Assembly: GCA_044345405.1 (NCBI GenBank) | Contig: JBIJBE010000012.1 | Span: 1-64,000, forward strand | DNA length: 64,000 nt | Reading direction: 5' to 3' | From: Bdellovibrionota bacterium | GTDB taxonomy: Bacteria > Bdellovibrionota_C > UBA2361 > OMII01 | Shown: one piece after another, positions 39,424-48,912 of the stretch | Layout: each line of letters opens with the position of its first letter | Numbering within the stretch: position 1 is the stretch's first letter | Notes under the pieces: generated by a model | Databases searched by the model: none | Seen by the model: only the letters and a program-made list of their open reading frames with translations | Told to the model about the DNA's origin: nothing | Made by a program: the position numbers and the translations under genes

Positions 39424-40755
39424 TTACTTAGCCTTCTTTCCCTTCTTCTCAGCCTTCTCACCTTGCTCGGCGTTGGCAGCGTCCACGTACTGAACGGTTG
39501 TCTTCGCCATCAGGTGCTCGAGGATCTTGGTGCGTCGAACCTCAAGCAAGAACGACATGATCCGGCTCTTGTCGAGCAACGCCTTGCGAGTCGCCTCTAC
39601 AGTGGATCCGTTCTGTTCAGCTATCCGCTGTATCATCTTGTCGCGATCAGCCTCTTCAACTTTAATCTCCTCAGTCGAACCGACACGGTCGATGATGATA
39701 GCGCAACGAATGCGGTTGAGGGCAAACTCCTCGAACTGCGCGCGGAATGGGGTAATATCGATGGTCGATGGATCAACGTCACGACCGGAGAACCCGTATC
39801 GAGCCACAATTCCACGAATCTCCTCATCAACAAGAACCTGGGGAACCTTGAAAGGGTTCTCCTTCACAAGGAGGTCAAGGAGAGCGCCCTGGGCCTCATT
39901 CTTCACATCCTCATCAGCCTGCTTGGTGAGCTGCTCTTGAATCTTGCCCTTAAGAGCATCAACCGTCTCAACATCAAGACCCAAGGTCTTCACGAGCTCG
40001 TCCGTAAGCTCAGGCATATTCTTGGTGAAGATGCCGTGGAGGGTAACCTTGTACACAAGGTTCTTTCCAGCCATCTCTGGATTAGCGTGCTCAGCTGGAG
40101 CAACCACAGAGATCTCCTTCGAATCGTTGACCGTCATGCCAGCGACCTGAGCCTCAACGTCAGCCGAGAGCTTTCCAGCTCCGAGCTCATCAACGAACGG
40201 CTCTGGGCGGGAGAACTCACCACCATCGGCCTGAATCGAAACTGAGAGAGCTACAACATCACCCTTCTCAGCGATCTTCCGATCCTCAATCGGCTTGAGC
40301 TCCGCTCGCGCCTCGCGCAAACGCTCAAGGGACTCAGCGATCTCCTTATCGCCAACGACTCGCTTCGTTACCTCAACTGAACGATTGAGATAGTTCCCGA
40401 TCGTTGGTTGTGGATAAAGAGCGACCTTCGCGGTGAACTCAAGAGCCTTAGCTGGCTCCATCTCCTTGAGATCAACTTCTGGCTCGCCAACAACCTCAAG
40501 CTTGTGTTGCTCGAACGCGCCACGGAGGCCTTCATTGATCAATCGGTTCGCGACATCGTAACGAATGCGGTCGCCCATCAGACGCTCAACCATGTGCCGA
40601 GGAACCTTTCCTGGTCGGAATCCCTTAATCTGCGCGGTTTTACCAACACTCTTTACCGAGGTCTCGTACTCCTTAGCGACGCGCTCTTGAGGAACGGTCA
40701 CAGAGATCTGCTTGGTTACTTCATCGATATCTACAACTGACGACTGAAAATCCAT
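39424..40755 (-). CDS. tig: Trigger factor
   Basis: GFRPGKVP ribosome-binding motif; synteny with clpP. Confidence 0.95.
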   Translation of the reverse strand: MDFQSSVVDIDEVTKQISVTVPQERVAKEYETSVKSVGKTAQIKGFRPGKVPRHMVERLMGDRIRYDVANRLINEGLRGAFEQHKLEVVGEPEVDLKEMEPAKALEFTAKVALYPQPTIGNYLNRSVEVTKRVVGDKEIAESLERLREARAELKPIEDRKIAEKGDVVALSVSIQADGGEFSRPEPFVDELGAGKLSADVEAQVAGMTVNDSKEISVVAPAEHANPEMAGKNLVYKVTLHGIFTKNMPELTDELVKTLGLDVETVDALKGKIQEQLTKQADEDVKNEAQGALLDLLVKENPFKVPQVLVDEEIRGIVARYGFSGRDVDPSTIDITPFRAQFEEFALNRIRCAIIIDRVGSTEEIKVEEADRDKMIQRIAEQNGSTVEATRKALLDKSRIMSFLLEVRRTKILEHLMAKTTVQYVDAANAEQGEKAEKKGKKAK

Positions 40756-40912
40756 CTTAACTCCGAATCTATGTGAACCGTGGCTCTGGGGGCTTGATGG
40801 TCACTTGCTGCGGCAAGGCACTCCCAACCAGACTCTACACGCTCATCTGCTTACTCTTACCCAGGTCATGTAACTCATCGCGGCCGCAGTAATTATTGCA
40901 ACGAGGACCGCG

Positions 40913-40941
40913 ATTATATATGCTCCCCGCGGGTTTATAAA
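40913..40941 (-). promoter_or_regulatory. Putative sigma70 promoter of tig
   Basis: TTTATA-N17-TATAAT on the minus strand, ~160 bp upstream of the tig start. Confidence 0.45.
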
Positions 40942-41186
40942 GCCAACCGGGAAGGAAAAGGTGCCTCCAACAGGGCGCCTACATGGAGGGGTCGCCAGTT
41001 GGCGATTCCCGACATCTCGAAACGGTCTGGCTCGTTTTGCACGGTTCTAGGGAGAACGCCACGTAACCTACCCTAAACGTTATTAAAAAAATCGCAAGAA
41101 CGTCGAAAGGCGCCTCGCTTAGGTACCTTCCCACGAAGCCAGCGCTTCGAGGAAGCTCTCCTCATCATCGAACAAAGTACCCTCAT

Positions 41187-41268
41187 GCGGGGGTGGTGGA
41201 ATTGGCAGACACGCCAGACTTAGGATCTGGTGCCGCAAGGTTTGGGGGTTCAAGTCCCCCCTCCCGCA
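41187..41268 (+). tRNA. tRNA-Leu(TAG)
   Basis: GCGGGGGTGGTGGAATTGGCAGACACG..CTTAGGA..long variable arm..GGTTCAAGTCCC; CCA not encoded. Confidence 0.95.
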
Positions 41269-41296
41269 TACCTCTTTTCTGACTCAGCCTACTCTT

Positions 41297-41533
41297 CGGT
41301 TATCCAGGTATCGCTATTCCCTCGTGAACGTGCACGTGCTCGTAAACGTGAACGCACCCGAAAGAGATGAACATCCGGCATCGATATCCCCATGCATGCA
41401 GACCACTAGACCCTATCGGTTATCCAGGTATCGCTGTTCCCTCGTGAACGTGCTCGTGCTCGTAAACGTGAACGCACCCACGAAAGAAATGAACATCCGG
41501 CTGGATATCCCCATGCATGCAGACCACTAGACC
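41297..41533. repeat. Two ~120-bp tandem repeats containing hexamer arms
   Basis: CGGTTATCCAGGTATCGCT..CGTGAACGTGC..CGTAAACGTGAACGCACCC..ATGCATGCAGACCACTAGACCC twice. Confidence 0.85.
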
Positions 41534-41575
41534 CCATGCCTACAGGGTCATGAGGCTAAACCTATGAACGAGAGT

Positions 41576-41703
41576 CGTTCACGTTTCCGTTCACGTTCAC
41601 GTTCACGTTCACGTTTACGTTCACGTTCACGTTCACGTTTACGTTTACGTTTACGTTTACGTTTACGTTTACGTTTACGTTTACGTTTACGTTTACGTTT
41701 ACG
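41576..41703. repeat. Hexanucleotide microsatellite (CGTTCA/CGTTTA)n, about 21 units
   Basis: Read directly; reverse complement of the CGTGAA/CGTAAA arms at 41323..41475. Confidence 0.92.
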
Positions 41704-41729
41704 GAACTATACGTGCTAGCTGCCGTTCA

Positions 41730-42248
41730 CTAATGCAACCCAAATTCCATCGAAAGATACTCCTCAAGTGGAGTGAGGTCGTGGTCCGCGAGGCGGACAA
41801 CACCGTTGCGGTCGATGAACACGACGTACGGTATGTTCCTTCCCTTTAAATTAACGAACGCGTCATCGTAGGAATCGTTCCCTGAAAAGATGTGGGTCAT
41901 GCTCTTCAAGCCCTGCTCCTGAATCCGGCCCTTCAGAACCTCGAAGTCCTCATTCTTGTCGATGCTTACCGCGATGAACTCCATATCGGCTCGTCTCGAA
42001 TAACGACGAGCGAGCGTCTCGTACCGCTGGATCAGGGAGCGAGAGTAGGTACACCAGGTCGCCCAGAACACGATACACACATTCTTTCCACGATAGGAAC
42101 TCAGCGGCACCTCAGAACCGTCAAAAAACATCAGGCGCGCCTCGGGTGCCTCATTACCGATCATCTCCTTGCCCTTGGCGTCCATGGCGGAGCAACCGCT
42201 CAACACCACAATCAGGATCGCGAGAAAACTAGAAAGAAAAGATCTCAT
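41730..42248 (-). CDS. TlpA-family thioredoxin-like lipoprotein with CxxS active site
   Basis: LSGC lipobox; FWATWCTYS; IPYVVFIDRNG. Confidence 0.85.
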   Translation of the reverse strand: MRSFLSSFLAILIVVLSGCSAMDAKGKEMIGNEAPEARLMFFDGSEVPLSSYRGKNVCIVFWATWCTYSRSLIQRYETLARRYSRRADMEFIAVSIDKNEDFEVLKGRIQEQGLKSMTHIFSGNDSYDDAFVNLKGRNIPYVVFIDRNGVVRLADHDLTPLEEYLSMEFGLH

Positions 42249-42396
42249 GGCATTTCCACACAAGGAGAGGGAAACCTCTCGACTACATTATCACATCCGT
42301 AAAGCTACTTGATTACGGCCGGAAAAGTAACCCCCATAGAGAATATCGGTTACTGCGGATAGCGCACTCTCCGCGAACACGTTACCTGCTCGATTC

Positions 42397-44841
42397 TCAT
42401 GACGCGCGTTCTTTCACCAAGGAGATCTTCTCCTCGTACACAGCGCGCACCCGTGGATCTGTCTCATCATCGTAGCTCTGGGAGATCAACTTCAAGAGCA
42501 TGATATCGTTCACCTTGGTCAGGCTCGACACCGCCGCAACGCGCACAGGGGCCGAAGGATGACCCAACAGATCAACGATATCGAGCTGGTCCATCGAATC
42601 ACTATACCGCCTCAATAGTATCTCAATCACCTCTGGAGGCGCTCCTCGAGTGAGCTGCCGGAGAAACTCTTGGCTCCGGGGGGCGTCTCGCACAACATCA
42701 AGCTCACTATTGAGAACATCAGCGCCAACAACATCTCGCAAGTCAATCGCGGCCACGACACCGGCGAAACGGGAGCTATCATTCCCATACGAAGATCGAA
42801 CAAACTCCATAATCTTGGCGACGTAAGGATCCGCGATCGGCTTCGCGCTCAAGGCGTCAAAGGCGGCCCGCTTTAACGAGGAGCTCGAAGCTGTGAGGAC
42901 CGTGGCCTCAAGAACACGGGACGCCCCCTGTCCGTACCACTCGTCAAAGAGTCTTACATCGTCCATCGAGAGGTTTCCGAGAGCTCCCGACACCATCGCC
43001 GTCCGAAGGCGCTGTCTCAGCGCGGCTGACCGTCGCAGCTCCCTGAGAAAGACGGCGCGTCCACCAGGGATACTCTGCCTTCGCTCCGCTATTTGCGCGG
43101 CGGTGGAGACCTCTGGCCGCCCTTGCCGTCCCAACTCCTCAAGGAGCCATACGACGTCACTCGCGGGAATCTTCTCCTGCATTGCCACGATATCCTCCGA
43201 AAAGAGATCATGCACGTCGGGCAGAAGCAGCATTAATGCGTACGGGTTATGCTCGCCCCCATTCGCGATACCCACCTGTTCAGCGACCGCCTTGGCGAAC
43301 AGTCCCCGATACGCTTCCGCGTCCCCAGTATCCAGCGCGCTCGCCGCGGCGAGAATACACGCTACACGTGGTGATACTTGATATAACCGCGCAAGCTCCT
43401 CGAGACGGGAATTACTTGACAACGCGGGATCCAATAAACGAAGAAATGGGCGGGATCCCTCATCTCCGCCAAAAGTCGCTGGCTCCTTCGCGTCCTGCAT
43501 TTGTCCAAACACCACGTCCGCGGTTCGCCCTAATCCCTGTCGTCGCGCCCGAAAGGTGAGGACCTTTTCAATCTCGAGGCGTCGAGCGGGATCCGGCGCT
43601 TGAGATAGCAATTCGATTATTTCCTGATACGCCGTTGGGGAGTCAGATTGGTACAATGCGGTGAGCCTCGTAGTGTCATCGTCTCGCTTTGTCACCTCAG
43701 CGACCTCGCGGCTTTCAAGGGCGATCGCCCCGGCGCGCCCGGCGACGTAGGAATAGAGAAGAAATCCCAGGGCGAAAAAGTTGAGAAAGGCGAGGAGAAG
43801 GACCCGACTCGGGTTTCTAAAGAGACCGACGACATCCCCGGCGAGAGATACTATCCGCTGCGGTGACACAAGGTCACCGAGTGATAATCCAGGACGTCCC
43901 CGAGAATCGAAACCACCGCCGGTTGGAGGCTCCGTTCCTGACTCCTCGTCATCATCCTCACGCCCCTCCCTAAAGCCCTTAGCTTTTCCTTGTGCCGGGG
44001 ACTCTAACTCTTCTCGAGCGGCCGCCTGAATTTTCGCCGCATCCCCCACCTCAGGCCGATCCTGAGCCTCCCCTTCTCCTGGCTCCGTTGGCTCTTCGTC
44101 ATCCCGAGGAAGGCGCGTGAGAGTCGCGGAATCGTGTTTTTTGCGAAGCTCCTCAGACGCGGTGGATTCCAGAAGCCCCTTAAGCCACGAAGGCGTCGCC
44201 TTCGATTCGACACTCTTCTCGTTAACCGGCACAGCGCACAATCCCTCACCAAGTCGAGCGAGCGCGTACGCGTCCACCGACGCCGTTTGGGTTCCACCGT
44301 TACGCTGCTCTGACGGCCGAAACGCTATGTATCGGTTGCGATTAAAATCCTCATCCTCTTGCTCCAACGCGACATCACCAAGAACCGCGAAAAGCGATAC
44401 TCCTCCCCGATCGTTGAGGAGAAAGGAATCAAGACAGAGATCCCCACACGTAATTCGACGCTGGTGGAGCGAATCAACTATCGCGGCACACGCGTCGAAA
44501 CGCTCCTCAATCTCATCGGCTGATGACGCGGGACAATCGATCTTGCGCCCATCATAGGCTCGAAGAACGGCGAATCCCCGATTGTAGCAGTCAATTCCAC
44601 ACGACAGGATAGCCTCAACTCTGGGAACTCTCCGCAACGCCAAGAGCCGCTCCTGGAAGCGCCCGATCTCCCCGACCCGTAACGGACCACGAGTGCGCCA
44701 TACCGTCACCTCGCGCCCCGTCACCGTATCAACGGCGCGATACGCTTGCGCGGTGAGCGTGCCAGCGACCGGTCCCTGAAAGTCGAACCGGTCCTCGAGA
44801 GAACCGCTCATTTTTTCGAAATCGTTCGACTGATGCTCCAT
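42397..44841 (-). CDS. Membrane pseudokinase with large helical/HEAT-like C-terminal domain
   Basis: Kinase-like N-terminus (AYRAVDTVTGREVTVW, CGDLCLDSFLL, RPSEQ, VDAYAL); acidic linker; TM helix VLLLAFLNFFALGFLLY; HEAT-like LLGHPSAPVRVAAVSSL. Confidence 0.7.
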   Translation of the reverse strand: MEHQSNDFEKMSGSLEDRFDFQGPVAGTLTAQAYRAVDTVTGREVTVWRTRGPLRVGEIGRFQERLLALRRVPRVEAILSCGIDCYNRGFAVLRAYDGRKIDCPASSADEIEERFDACAAIVDSLHQRRITCGDLCLDSFLLNDRGGVSLFAVLGDVALEQEDEDFNRNRYIAFRPSEQRNGGTQTASVDAYALARLGEGLCAVPVNEKSVESKATPSWLKGLLESTASEELRKKHDSATLTRLPRDDEEPTEPGEGEAQDRPEVGDAAKIQAAAREELESPAQGKAKGFREGREDDDEESGTEPPTGGGFDSRGRPGLSLGDLVSPQRIVSLAGDVVGLFRNPSRVLLLAFLNFFALGFLLYSYVAGRAGAIALESREVAEVTKRDDDTTRLTALYQSDSPTAYQEIIELLSQAPDPARRLEIEKVLTFRARRQGLGRTADVVFGQMQDAKEPATFGGDEGSRPFLRLLDPALSSNSRLEELARLYQVSPRVACILAAASALDTGDAEAYRGLFAKAVAEQVGIANGGEHNPYALMLLLPDVHDLFSEDIVAMQEKIPASDVVWLLEELGRQGRPEVSTAAQIAERRQSIPGGRAVFLRELRRSAALRQRLRTAMVSGALGNLSMDDVRLFDEWYGQGASRVLEATVLTASSSSLKRAAFDALSAKPIADPYVAKIMEFVRSSYGNDSSRFAGVVAAIDLRDVVGADVLNSELDVVRDAPRSQEFLRQLTRGAPPEVIEILLRRYSDSMDQLDIVDLLGHPSAPVRVAAVSSLTKVNDIMLLKLISQSYDDETDPRVRAVYEEKISLVKERAS

Positions 44842-44849
44842 TCCGTTTC

Positions 44850-46970
44850 CTACCGTCCAGCCAACGTCCACATTCCAATTTGCTGCACAGACACACTCGG
44901 ATCCAACTCCTCAAAGGTCGTAACGAACAACGAGTGCTTGGTCATTCGGGTAATCGAAAGGACTTTTTCCTTCACCTCATTAGAGCAGAGGAGCGCGATC
45001 GGAAGAATTCCCTGCTCTAGGGTCGGCTTCAAGACGTTCGAGAGTCCCTGCATAAGCGCGTCCAGCACCGGTGCCTCTACAGCCACCGGCAATGATTTAT
45101 TGTTAAAGTCGGCATCCTGGAGCGTTCGTTCAACCTCATCGGAGAGAGATACCACATGAAGGCTTTGATGAGACCCAAGGAATCTTCGAAGAACCTGGCG
45201 CCGACGATTTCCACGAAGGTGCCGTACCACCTCTTCAACCTCAACACCGGCGTCATCGTCAATCGAGACGCGATGGGCGGAGCAATAGGAGGCGACGCCC
45301 TCAATGACTCCGCGGAAGTCTCGAATACTAACCCCCTGCCTTACGAGCTCATGAAGCAGCTCCGTTAGTCGTGGCACCGATACGAACTCTTTACCGAATC
45401 CCTCTGCTATGAGTCCCGGGTGGCGCTTTTCGATCTGTCGTAACAATGAATGCACATCGGTTACGGAAAGAAACTCCTCGGGATGTCGGAGACTAAAGCT
45501 CGCCACACGAAGGGAGATGTACTCGAAGAAATCGTAGCTACGCACCGTTCCAGCGTCTAGGATGCCCCGTATCTGCGGCGTGTTCTTGGTCCAGAAGACC
45601 CGATGACCTGAGATAGGATGATCCTCCTCTTTGATCACAGGAAGCCCTAGCACGGCTGCCTGACAACTCGACACCTCCACAAGGAGCGCGTCCGCGGCGA
45701 CGGTCCCAGACACCATCTCAACACCTGAATGAGACACCCGATATGAAGACGGCGCGAGTAGATCGTTGTGCCCTACGTTAAGGTCGGGCAGAACCATACC
45801 TACATTGGCGTGAAACGCTTCATTGAACTGTTCCCACGACTCCGTGTACCGCTGAACCTGCGCCCGATACGCTTTGAAGAGGACGGTGTGATCGAGCTCT
45901 AAGCGAAGGGCACCATCACCAATCTCACTAACTCCCCGTTCGTGACGCACCTCGGATCCCCCTCCGGCGCGCCGGTATTCCCCAGCGATACCGCTCCGAA
46001 CAGGAAGCTCACGCTCCTTCCTCAGAAGTAAAAGACCCGCGGCAACCGCCGTCGCGGCGACAAGCAGGAATGGCGCAGCCGGGATGCCGGGCATGACGGC
46101 GAAAACAACCAAGATAAGCGCGGTCACTAAGAGAGTGATCGGTTGAGAGAATAGCTGCGCGCGAAGATCAACTCCAAGAGTCGAGGTCTCCGATGAGGAC
46201 ACACGCGTCACGATGATACCAGCGCAGATCGAGGTTAGAATACTCGGAATCTGTGTCACGAGACCGTCACCCACGGTAAGCACGGTGTATGTCTGCGCCG
46301 CGTCAGAGAATGAGAGCCCTGACGCGATACCCATGTAGATACCACCCACGATATTCACCACGATGATGAATATGCCCGCGACCGCGTCGCCCTGAACGAA
46401 CTTCATCGCTCCGTCCATCGAACCGTAGAGCTGAGACTCAAGTCTCAAGTGGTCGCGTTTCTGCCGTGCCTCCTCGGCTGAGATAACTCCAGCGCGGGCG
46501 TCATTATCAATAACCAACTGCCGTCCAGGCAACGCGTCGAGGAAGAACCTCGCGGCGACCTCGGACACGCGGGTCGCGCCTTTGGCGATTACGATGAAGT
46601 TTACGATGGTAACGATCGAGAAGATGATGATTCCAACGACCACCTCTCCGCGAATAAGGAAGGTACCGAAGGATTCGATCACTCGCCCAGCGTCTCCCTG
46701 ACTGAGAATAAGCCTTGATGAGGCCACGTTGAGCCCGAGACGGAAGAGCGTACTCAAGAGCAGTACCGTCGGGAACGTGTACAGGGCCGCGGAGTTGGCG
46801 ACGTAGAGACCAACGAGCAGGAGAAGGATCGAGAACGAGATATTGAGAACGAGAAGGATATCGAGAAGCGGTGTGGGAAGTGGAACGATAAGCATCGCCG
46901 CGATGGCGATCACGAACGCCAAAAGAACGATCTCCGAGTACCGCATCCGTCCTGAGAGTAATCCGATCAT
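44850..46970 (-). CDS. sctV: FHIPEP-family type III export gate protein, SctV/LcrD-like
   Basis: TLFRLGLNVASSRLIL, RVSEVAARF, ESQLYGSMDGAMKFVQGDA, GDGLVTQIPS, VSIRDF; start ATG 46970 with GAGGAGAGG RBS. Confidence 0.88.
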   Translation of the reverse strand: MIGLLSGRMRYSEIVLLAFVIAIAAMLIVPLPTPLLDILLVLNISFSILLLLVGLYVANSAALYTFPTVLLLSTLFRLGLNVASSRLILSQGDAGRVIESFGTFLIRGEVVVGIIIFSIVTIVNFIVIAKGATRVSEVAARFFLDALPGRQLVIDNDARAGVISAEEARQKRDHLRLESQLYGSMDGAMKFVQGDAVAGIFIIVVNIVGGIYMGIASGLSFSDAAQTYTVLTVGDGLVTQIPSILTSICAGIIVTRVSSSETSTLGVDLRAQLFSQPITLLVTALILVVFAVMPGIPAAPFLLVAATAVAAGLLLLRKERELPVRSGIAGEYRRAGGGSEVRHERGVSEIGDGALRLELDHTVLFKAYRAQVQRYTESWEQFNEAFHANVGMVLPDLNVGHNDLLAPSSYRVSHSGVEMVSGTVAADALLVEVSSCQAAVLGLPVIKEEDHPISGHRVFWTKNTPQIRGILDAGTVRSYDFFEYISLRVASFSLRHPEEFLSVTDVHSLLRQIEKRHPGLIAEGFGKEFVSVPRLTELLHELVRQGVSIRDFRGVIEGVASYCSAHRVSIDDDAGVEVEEVVRHLRGNRRRQVLRRFLGSHQSLHVVSLSDEVERTLQDADFNNKSLPVAVEAPVLDALMQGLSNVLKPTLEQGILPIALLCSNEVKEKVLSITRMTKHSLFVTTFEELDPSVSVQQIGMWTLAGR

Positions 46971-46983
46971 GCGTCCTCTCCTC

Positions 46984-47916
46984 TTACTCCATCGCCTTAA
47001 GAAGGGTTCGCCCGAAACCGACCAAAAGGATGAACAGGAATCCAGCGAACACGAGAGCAACTGGCGCGGTCGCCGCGAGCTCCAGTTTTTTAATTTTTTC
47101 CTCTACCTTCGTCTCACGTTCGGCCGACACCGACTCAGAGAGATCCTGAAGCTGCTTCGAGATCTCTCCTCCGTATCGAGCCACCTGCGCGAGCGCTTTG
47201 AAGGAGTGCTTCACCTCATTACTACCCGACTGTCTGCCAACCTCATTGAGAGCGTCCTGCAAACTCACTCCAGACTTGATGTAGGCCTGGGCGAACCGAA
47301 GAAGTTCGGTAACAGGGTTGTGAGAATCGCGCTCATCCGCCATCTGCACGACCCGCGCTAAGCACGGACCGATATCGAGGGAGCTACTGACGCCGATAGA
47401 GATCTGCTCGATGACGAGCGGAAGATAAAAAGTGATATCCTCCTGACGTAGCTTTATCCATTTATCAAGTCGCTTGAGGGGAATATATGCTCCGAGCATA
47501 CCTCCCACGGCTCCATACAAAATAGCGCTGGCCGGATCTCCACTCATCGATCCATACCCGGCACCGAGAAGTCCCAACGCGGATGGCATGACGACTTGAA
47601 GCCGTCGAAAATCTCGTCGCTGCTCCTCAGAGAAGAGTCCCGCTTGAAACATCCGCTCATCCAGGGTGAGAGACCTCTTCTTCCCCCCACCTTTTTTCGC
47701 GGCGAGCCTGGAGAGGATCTCGTCCTCAGCGCTTCGAGACTCGTCCGAGAACTCGTCGGAGCGATCTCCCTCTATTTCGTTATCATCTGAATACCTCTGC
47801 CCCATCAAGGCGCGAAGGTTGTCTCGCTGCTCAAGGGCCTTGAGGTATCTCACGCCATAGTAGGCGGCAACCGCCAGAATAATTGAGAATATAGGGATGA
47901 GAGTCCAGTTATTCAT
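46984..47916 (-). CDS. tadC: Tad inner-membrane platform TadC (T2SS F domain)
   Basis: Three TM regions, LPLVIEQISIGVSS, GVSLQDAL, YGGEISKQL; follows tadB. Confidence 0.85.
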   Translation of the reverse strand: MNNWTLIPIFSIILAVAAYYGVRYLKALEQRDNLRALMGQRYSDDNEIEGDRSDEFSDESRSAEDEILSRLAAKKGGGKKRSLTLDERMFQAGLFSEEQRRDFRRLQVVMPSALGLLGAGYGSMSGDPASAILYGAVGGMLGAYIPLKRLDKWIKLRQEDITFYLPLVIEQISIGVSSSLDIGPCLARVVQMADERDSHNPVTELLRFAQAYIKSGVSLQDALNEVGRQSGSNEVKHSFKALAQVARYGGEISKQLQDLSESVSAERETKVEEKIKKLELAATAPVALVFAGFLFILLVGFGRTLLKAME

Positions 47917-47922
47917 AGTCCC

Positions 47923-48909
47923 TTACACCCTAATCTTCGTAACCTGCATCACCCAGTACATGCCGATCATGATCATGGTAAGGCCTCCTTGAGCTACCTT
48001 AGCCGCGACCGGATCGGTCCAGGTGACGATAACGCACTCAGGCCACGCCAGGTACAAGTACGCCTCTAACGAGAATAAGATCCCGAGAATGAAAAGGATG
48101 GAGCCGCGCTGCAAGCCAACTGCCGCTTGGGCTGACGCCCGGAAATACTGACGCTTTCGAACCTGACGAGCCAATCTGTCCACCGTCTCTGATAGGTTAC
48201 CACCGACACGACGACTAAGAAGGAGAGATTGAACGAACAGTTCGATCTCAGGATGGTTTACGTCCTCGCCGAAGGAGCCGATCGAACGCTCCTCGCTAAC
48301 CCCCAACCGAAGTCGCTCCAACATCAGTTCAACCTCTTGTCGCACAAGAGACGCTTCCTCAAGATTGACGGCACACGCCTCGAGCGCCTGCATCGGGTTC
48401 AGTCCAGTCTTGAGCATACCCACAAAGCTAAGAAGGAATTGCGGAAAATCCCTGTCGAAGCGCTTAAAGCGCGCCTTGAGACGATTATTAATGAATGCGT
48501 TGACAACCAGCGGCCCTACCGTAAGAGCCATGAGTTGAAGCAAGATATAGAAGTATTGGCGCGCGATAAGGAACGCGCCAATGCTAAGCACTATCTGCGC
48601 TACCGCGAACACGAAGGGCGGTATGTGCGAGAGCTGGGCGAACTTGAGTCGCTTCTGAAGAGTCAGCTTGTTATCAGAGCTGGGGGCCATGCCCTCATCC
48701 TGCCCTTCCTCACCCGAACGTCCGTTGGTGGTATAGGTGAAAGCTCTTCTCTCGCCAGCCGCGTCCTCATCTCGCTGAGCCGCAACCATCTCTCGGATAC
48801 TCTGTCTGATGGCGACGTCAGAGCTGACGCCAAAGCCGATCACCCCCCGCGCCATGTAGGCGACGAGACCCAGTAAAAATATGGCGGGGATAACGAGCCA
48901 GAGAGTCAT
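47923..48909 (-). CDS. tadB: Tad inner-membrane platform TadB
   Basis: FPQFL..LKTGLNPMQAL, GGNLSETVDRLA; follows the ATPase. Confidence 0.88.
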   Translation of the reverse strand: MTLWLVIPAIFLLGLVAYMARGVIGFGVSSDVAIRQSIREMVAAQRDEDAAGERRAFTYTTNGRSGEEGQDEGMAPSSDNKLTLQKRLKFAQLSHIPPFVFAVAQIVLSIGAFLIARQYFYILLQLMALTVGPLVVNAFINNRLKARFKRFDRDFPQFLLSFVGMLKTGLNPMQALEACAVNLEEASLVRQEVELMLERLRLGVSEERSIGSFGEDVNHPEIELFVQSLLLSRRVGGNLSETVDRLARQVRKRQYFRASAQAAVGLQRGSILFILGILFSLEAYLYLAWPECVIVTWTDPVAAKVAQGGLTMIMIGMYWVMQVTKIRV

Positions 48910-48912
48910 ACG

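Noticed and set aside
44850-47060. Flagellar flhA, and the longer ORF start at 47060
   Set aside because: Signature residues are SctV-like and no flagellar export genes are adjacent; the longer start overlaps tadC, while ATG 46970 has a strong RBS.
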